A stretch of 11,332 bases of DNA from Octopus sinensis (Eukaryota). Made by a program: the position numbers and the translations under genes. The notes beneath the pieces are model-generated. The model saw only the letters and a list, made by a program, of their open reading frames with translations, ran no database searches and was not told the DNA's origin. Position 1 is the first letter of the stretch. Each line of letters starts with the position of its first letter. The stretch covers positions 1 to 11,332 of the forward strand of contig NW_021827007.1 in the NCBI RefSeq assembly GCF_006345805.1. Reading direction: 5' to 3'. Shown here one piece after another: positions 8,730 through 11,332 of this stretch.

Positions 8730-8760
8730 AACAATCACCACCACCACCATCACCACCACC

Positions 8761-8805
<45 letters not shown>

Positions 8806-8820
8806 GTCAGTAGCAGCAGC
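8568..8820. repeat. In-phase compound triplet repeat (CAT/CGT/CCT/CAC), including perfect (CCG)13 at 8687-8725
   Basis: Read directly; several frames on both strands are open, as expected for triplet runs. Confidence 0.93.
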
Positions 8821-8984
8821 AATACCATCGTAATCCTCAGATTACTGTTGGCGTTGCTGCTACTGCTGCTGCAGTTAATATAGAAAAGTTCGAATTTGTT
8901 TCGATGAGATCACAACCTCTGTTTAATCCCCAGTTTAAAGATATTCTTCTCCGTCTATCAGTTATTGCACTTCATATCTCTCTC

Positions 8985-9124
8985 TATATCATCAGCATAT
9001 ACATATACATATACATATATATATATATACATACATACATATATACATATTATATATATATATATATACATGCATATATATACACATATATATATGCATA
9101 TATATACGTATATACTTTTATATA
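8985..9124. repeat. Compound (TA)/(TACA) microsatellite
   Basis: Read directly. Confidence 0.93.
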
Positions 9125-9301
9125 ATTGACTGTTTACAAGTGCAGACGTGTTTCTTTCCCTACGGACAATTTTATAACGGAATTGTTTTGTTGTTTCTAG
9201 AACTTTCCCGCAGCGAATCAAAAGTACAAACATCTGTAAACAGAATCAATTTTATACTTCATATTATACTTATTGCTATTCTTCTTGTTGTTCTTTATCG
9301 A

Positions 9302-9364
<63 letters not shown>

Positions 9365-9429
9365 CATCATTATTATTATTATTATTGTTATTATTATTTT
9401 CATTATTGTTATTACTGTTATCATTATCT

Positions 9430-9500
<71 letters not shown>
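9302..9500. repeat. Long imperfect (ATT)n microsatellite
   Basis: About 200 nt of ATT with ATC/GTT variants; gives the poly-I/Y/L ORFs. Confidence 0.96.
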
Positions 9501-9502
<2 letters not shown>

Positions 9503-9619
9503 TTTCATTACGATTATTATTTTTGCTGTTTTATATAATATGTCGAAACTCAGCTTTTCCTCGAGTAATTTATATTGTTTGTGATATAATTCGTTTTACG
9601 GTTGGGAATATATGATATT

Positions 9620-9720
9620 CTATATATATATATGCGTATGTGTGTGTGCGTGTGTGCGTGTTTTGCGTTAATGTGTGTATACGTATGTGTCTCTGTGTGG
9701 GTGTGTGTATGCTTATGTTT
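9620..9720. repeat. (TA)/(TG) compound microsatellite
   Basis: Read directly. Confidence 0.85.
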
Positions 9721-9949
9721 GTGAATTTGTTTGTAGTTTTATAAATCTGTTTGCCTATTTGGCTTTTTAACTATCTATAATTCTATATTTTTCCTTTGTG
9801 CATCTATATCTCAAGTCTATTTATATCTCAAGACATTTACGTTGCCAAACTTGTCAATATATACACACACGTACAAACATAAGCATATGAATAATGATAT
9901 AAGCACACAGGGAACTAGATGTTGATACATAAGTGCACATGTATTTCTT

Positions 9950-9950
<1 letters not shown>

Positions 9951-10026
<76 letters not shown>
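9951..10026. repeat. (CTAT)19 tetranucleotide (GATA-type) microsatellite
   Basis: Perfect 76-nt run read directly. Confidence 0.97.
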
Positions 10027-10028
<2 letters not shown>

Positions 10029-10437
10029 CTCTGACGGATGTGATGTCGTTTCAGCTCCGAAGGTAATCATTTATTTTGACCATTTAAAAGTGTATATTGA
10101 CAAACATTTTGTGCTTAAAAGTTGTGCAACAACATCCACTGTAAACCTTTGATAAATATCGACACAAAATTTTGCCCCTTGTGGGCAAAATTTAAAAGAA
10201 AAAATTCTCATAGCCTTCGTGGTTTCATTTAGCCATTTTATTTCCAAAATGCCACTGGCCACCACGAGGCTGAGTTGCAAGTGAAGCGTGACGCAGAAAC
10301 AAAAACAAGGATGCTCTGTTAGCATACGCCGAACCTGACAACCCCACCACCACCAACAGCAACAAATACAAAACAAAGGTCGCAAGGCCCAAGCACCGTC
10401 AACAACCATCAGTGAGTCCACCACCACCACCAACACC

Positions 10438-11332
10438 ATGGCAGAATCTGCTACTAAAACTGCTATCCCTACTAAAGATATCGCCACCATAACAACATCA
10501 CCATCACCGCCACCAAAGACCGTGCCGTCAATGCTACTAATACTACTACCCAACACCACGCCGTCACCAAGAACGACAATAACAACAACAACAACAACAC
10601 GACAACAACAATTCCCTTCAACCACTGCTCACTCCATCACCAACAAGTGAAAAAAATAACGACGACAAGCAAACGAAATGTCGATTTTGCCCCTAGTGCA
10701 GGACTAAAGTACGCAGGCAATTTTCCACCCTTCCTACTAGCACGATCGATCAAACACAAACACACCAATTTTACAAACTGCAGCCAACACAACATCACCA
10801 CAAGCAACAACAATAACAACAACAACAAATTTCGCTGAGGCGATTAAGAAAAAAAAACAACAATATACTTTACGCCCAACAAATACAGGACACGAACATC
10901 AAAATAACAGAATCAGAAGGTATAGTAAAATTAAACATACCAGAAGATATTTTGGAAATGAAAAAAGACGAACAATCATTATAAAATAGTTACCAAAAAA
11001 ACAAAAATCCAGAGAAGGCCAACACAAGCAAAATAGAGAAGTCTTGAACCCATCTGGGATCACAAAGAATATGTAACCTGGTGGAACAAAATTGCCCACA
11101 ACAACAAGTTGTTTTCTACACCGAAGAGTTAGCTAGACATTTCTCTCACGCTAACTCTTCACTCAGATGAACTCCAACTACACCAAGCTATCGGGGACAG
11201 AAAGTGACTAAGATCACTCTAAACAATGTCCCCAAAATAGCCAATAGCCTATGGCTTGTAAAGGCCCTATGCGTAAAAATGGCGAACTATACTATTTTGG
11301 AAACCACAGTCACAGAGCATAAAAACTGGGTG
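10438..11332 (+). mobile_element. Possible decayed LINE ORF1 (L1/Tx1-like), truncated by the window edge
   Basis: Strong A/C strand bias and a Thr/Pro-rich start (MAESATKTAIPT...). Frameshifted protein-like segments follow: NFAEAIKKK (10828), EGIVKLNIPEDILEMKK, RTIIIK*, VVFYTEELARHFS, and PSYRGQKVTKITLNNVPKIANSLWLVKALC...ILETTVTEHKNWV. The FAEA.K and I.L.NVP patterns recall RRM-type LINE ORF1 proteins. No catalytic motif is in view. Confidence 0.4.

Noticed and set aside
9140-9615. ORFs of up to 132 aa with poly-Y/I/L that look like membrane proteins
   Set aside because: They come from the (ATT)n tract.
10071-10625. Longest ORF in the track (184 aa, minus strand)
   Set aside because: Val/Gly-rich antisense shadow of the ACC/ACA-rich plus strand; no motif.
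1-11332. CRISPR array or prokaryotic defence system
   Set aside because: No regularly spaced direct repeats with unique spacers and no operon-like coding density; the content is eukaryotic.

Overview
AT-rich, microsatellite-dense eukaryotic non-coding DNA (intron or intergenic). The interspersed repeats resemble, from memory, those of octopus (coleoid cephalopod) genomes; this is inference, not a database result. I find no intact protein-coding gene, tRNA, rRNA, CRISPR array or prokaryotic feature, and almost all ORFs in the track are translations of di- and trinucleotide repeats. The supportable content is retroelement debris. (1) A 5'-truncated R4/Dong-clade non-LTR retrotransposon (CCHC knuckle, restriction-like endonuclease, 3' UTR) at 4496-5333 lies between (AAT)n tracts, flanked by two copies of a non-coding (AAT)n-tailed repeat (4352-4427, 5392-5947). 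(2) A minus-strand minimal type I hammerhead ribozyme motif with a variant core (6700-6737) sits in a probable Penelope-like terminal repeat. (3) An older, decayed R4-like LINE fragment (about 6965-7960) is interrupted by a minus-strand tRNA-derived SINE that carries an internal microsatellite (7319-7740). (4) A possible decayed LINE ORF1 runs off the right edge. No new biological system is demonstrated. The best leads are the AAT-targeted LINE plus non-coding partner element, and the variant hammerhead.
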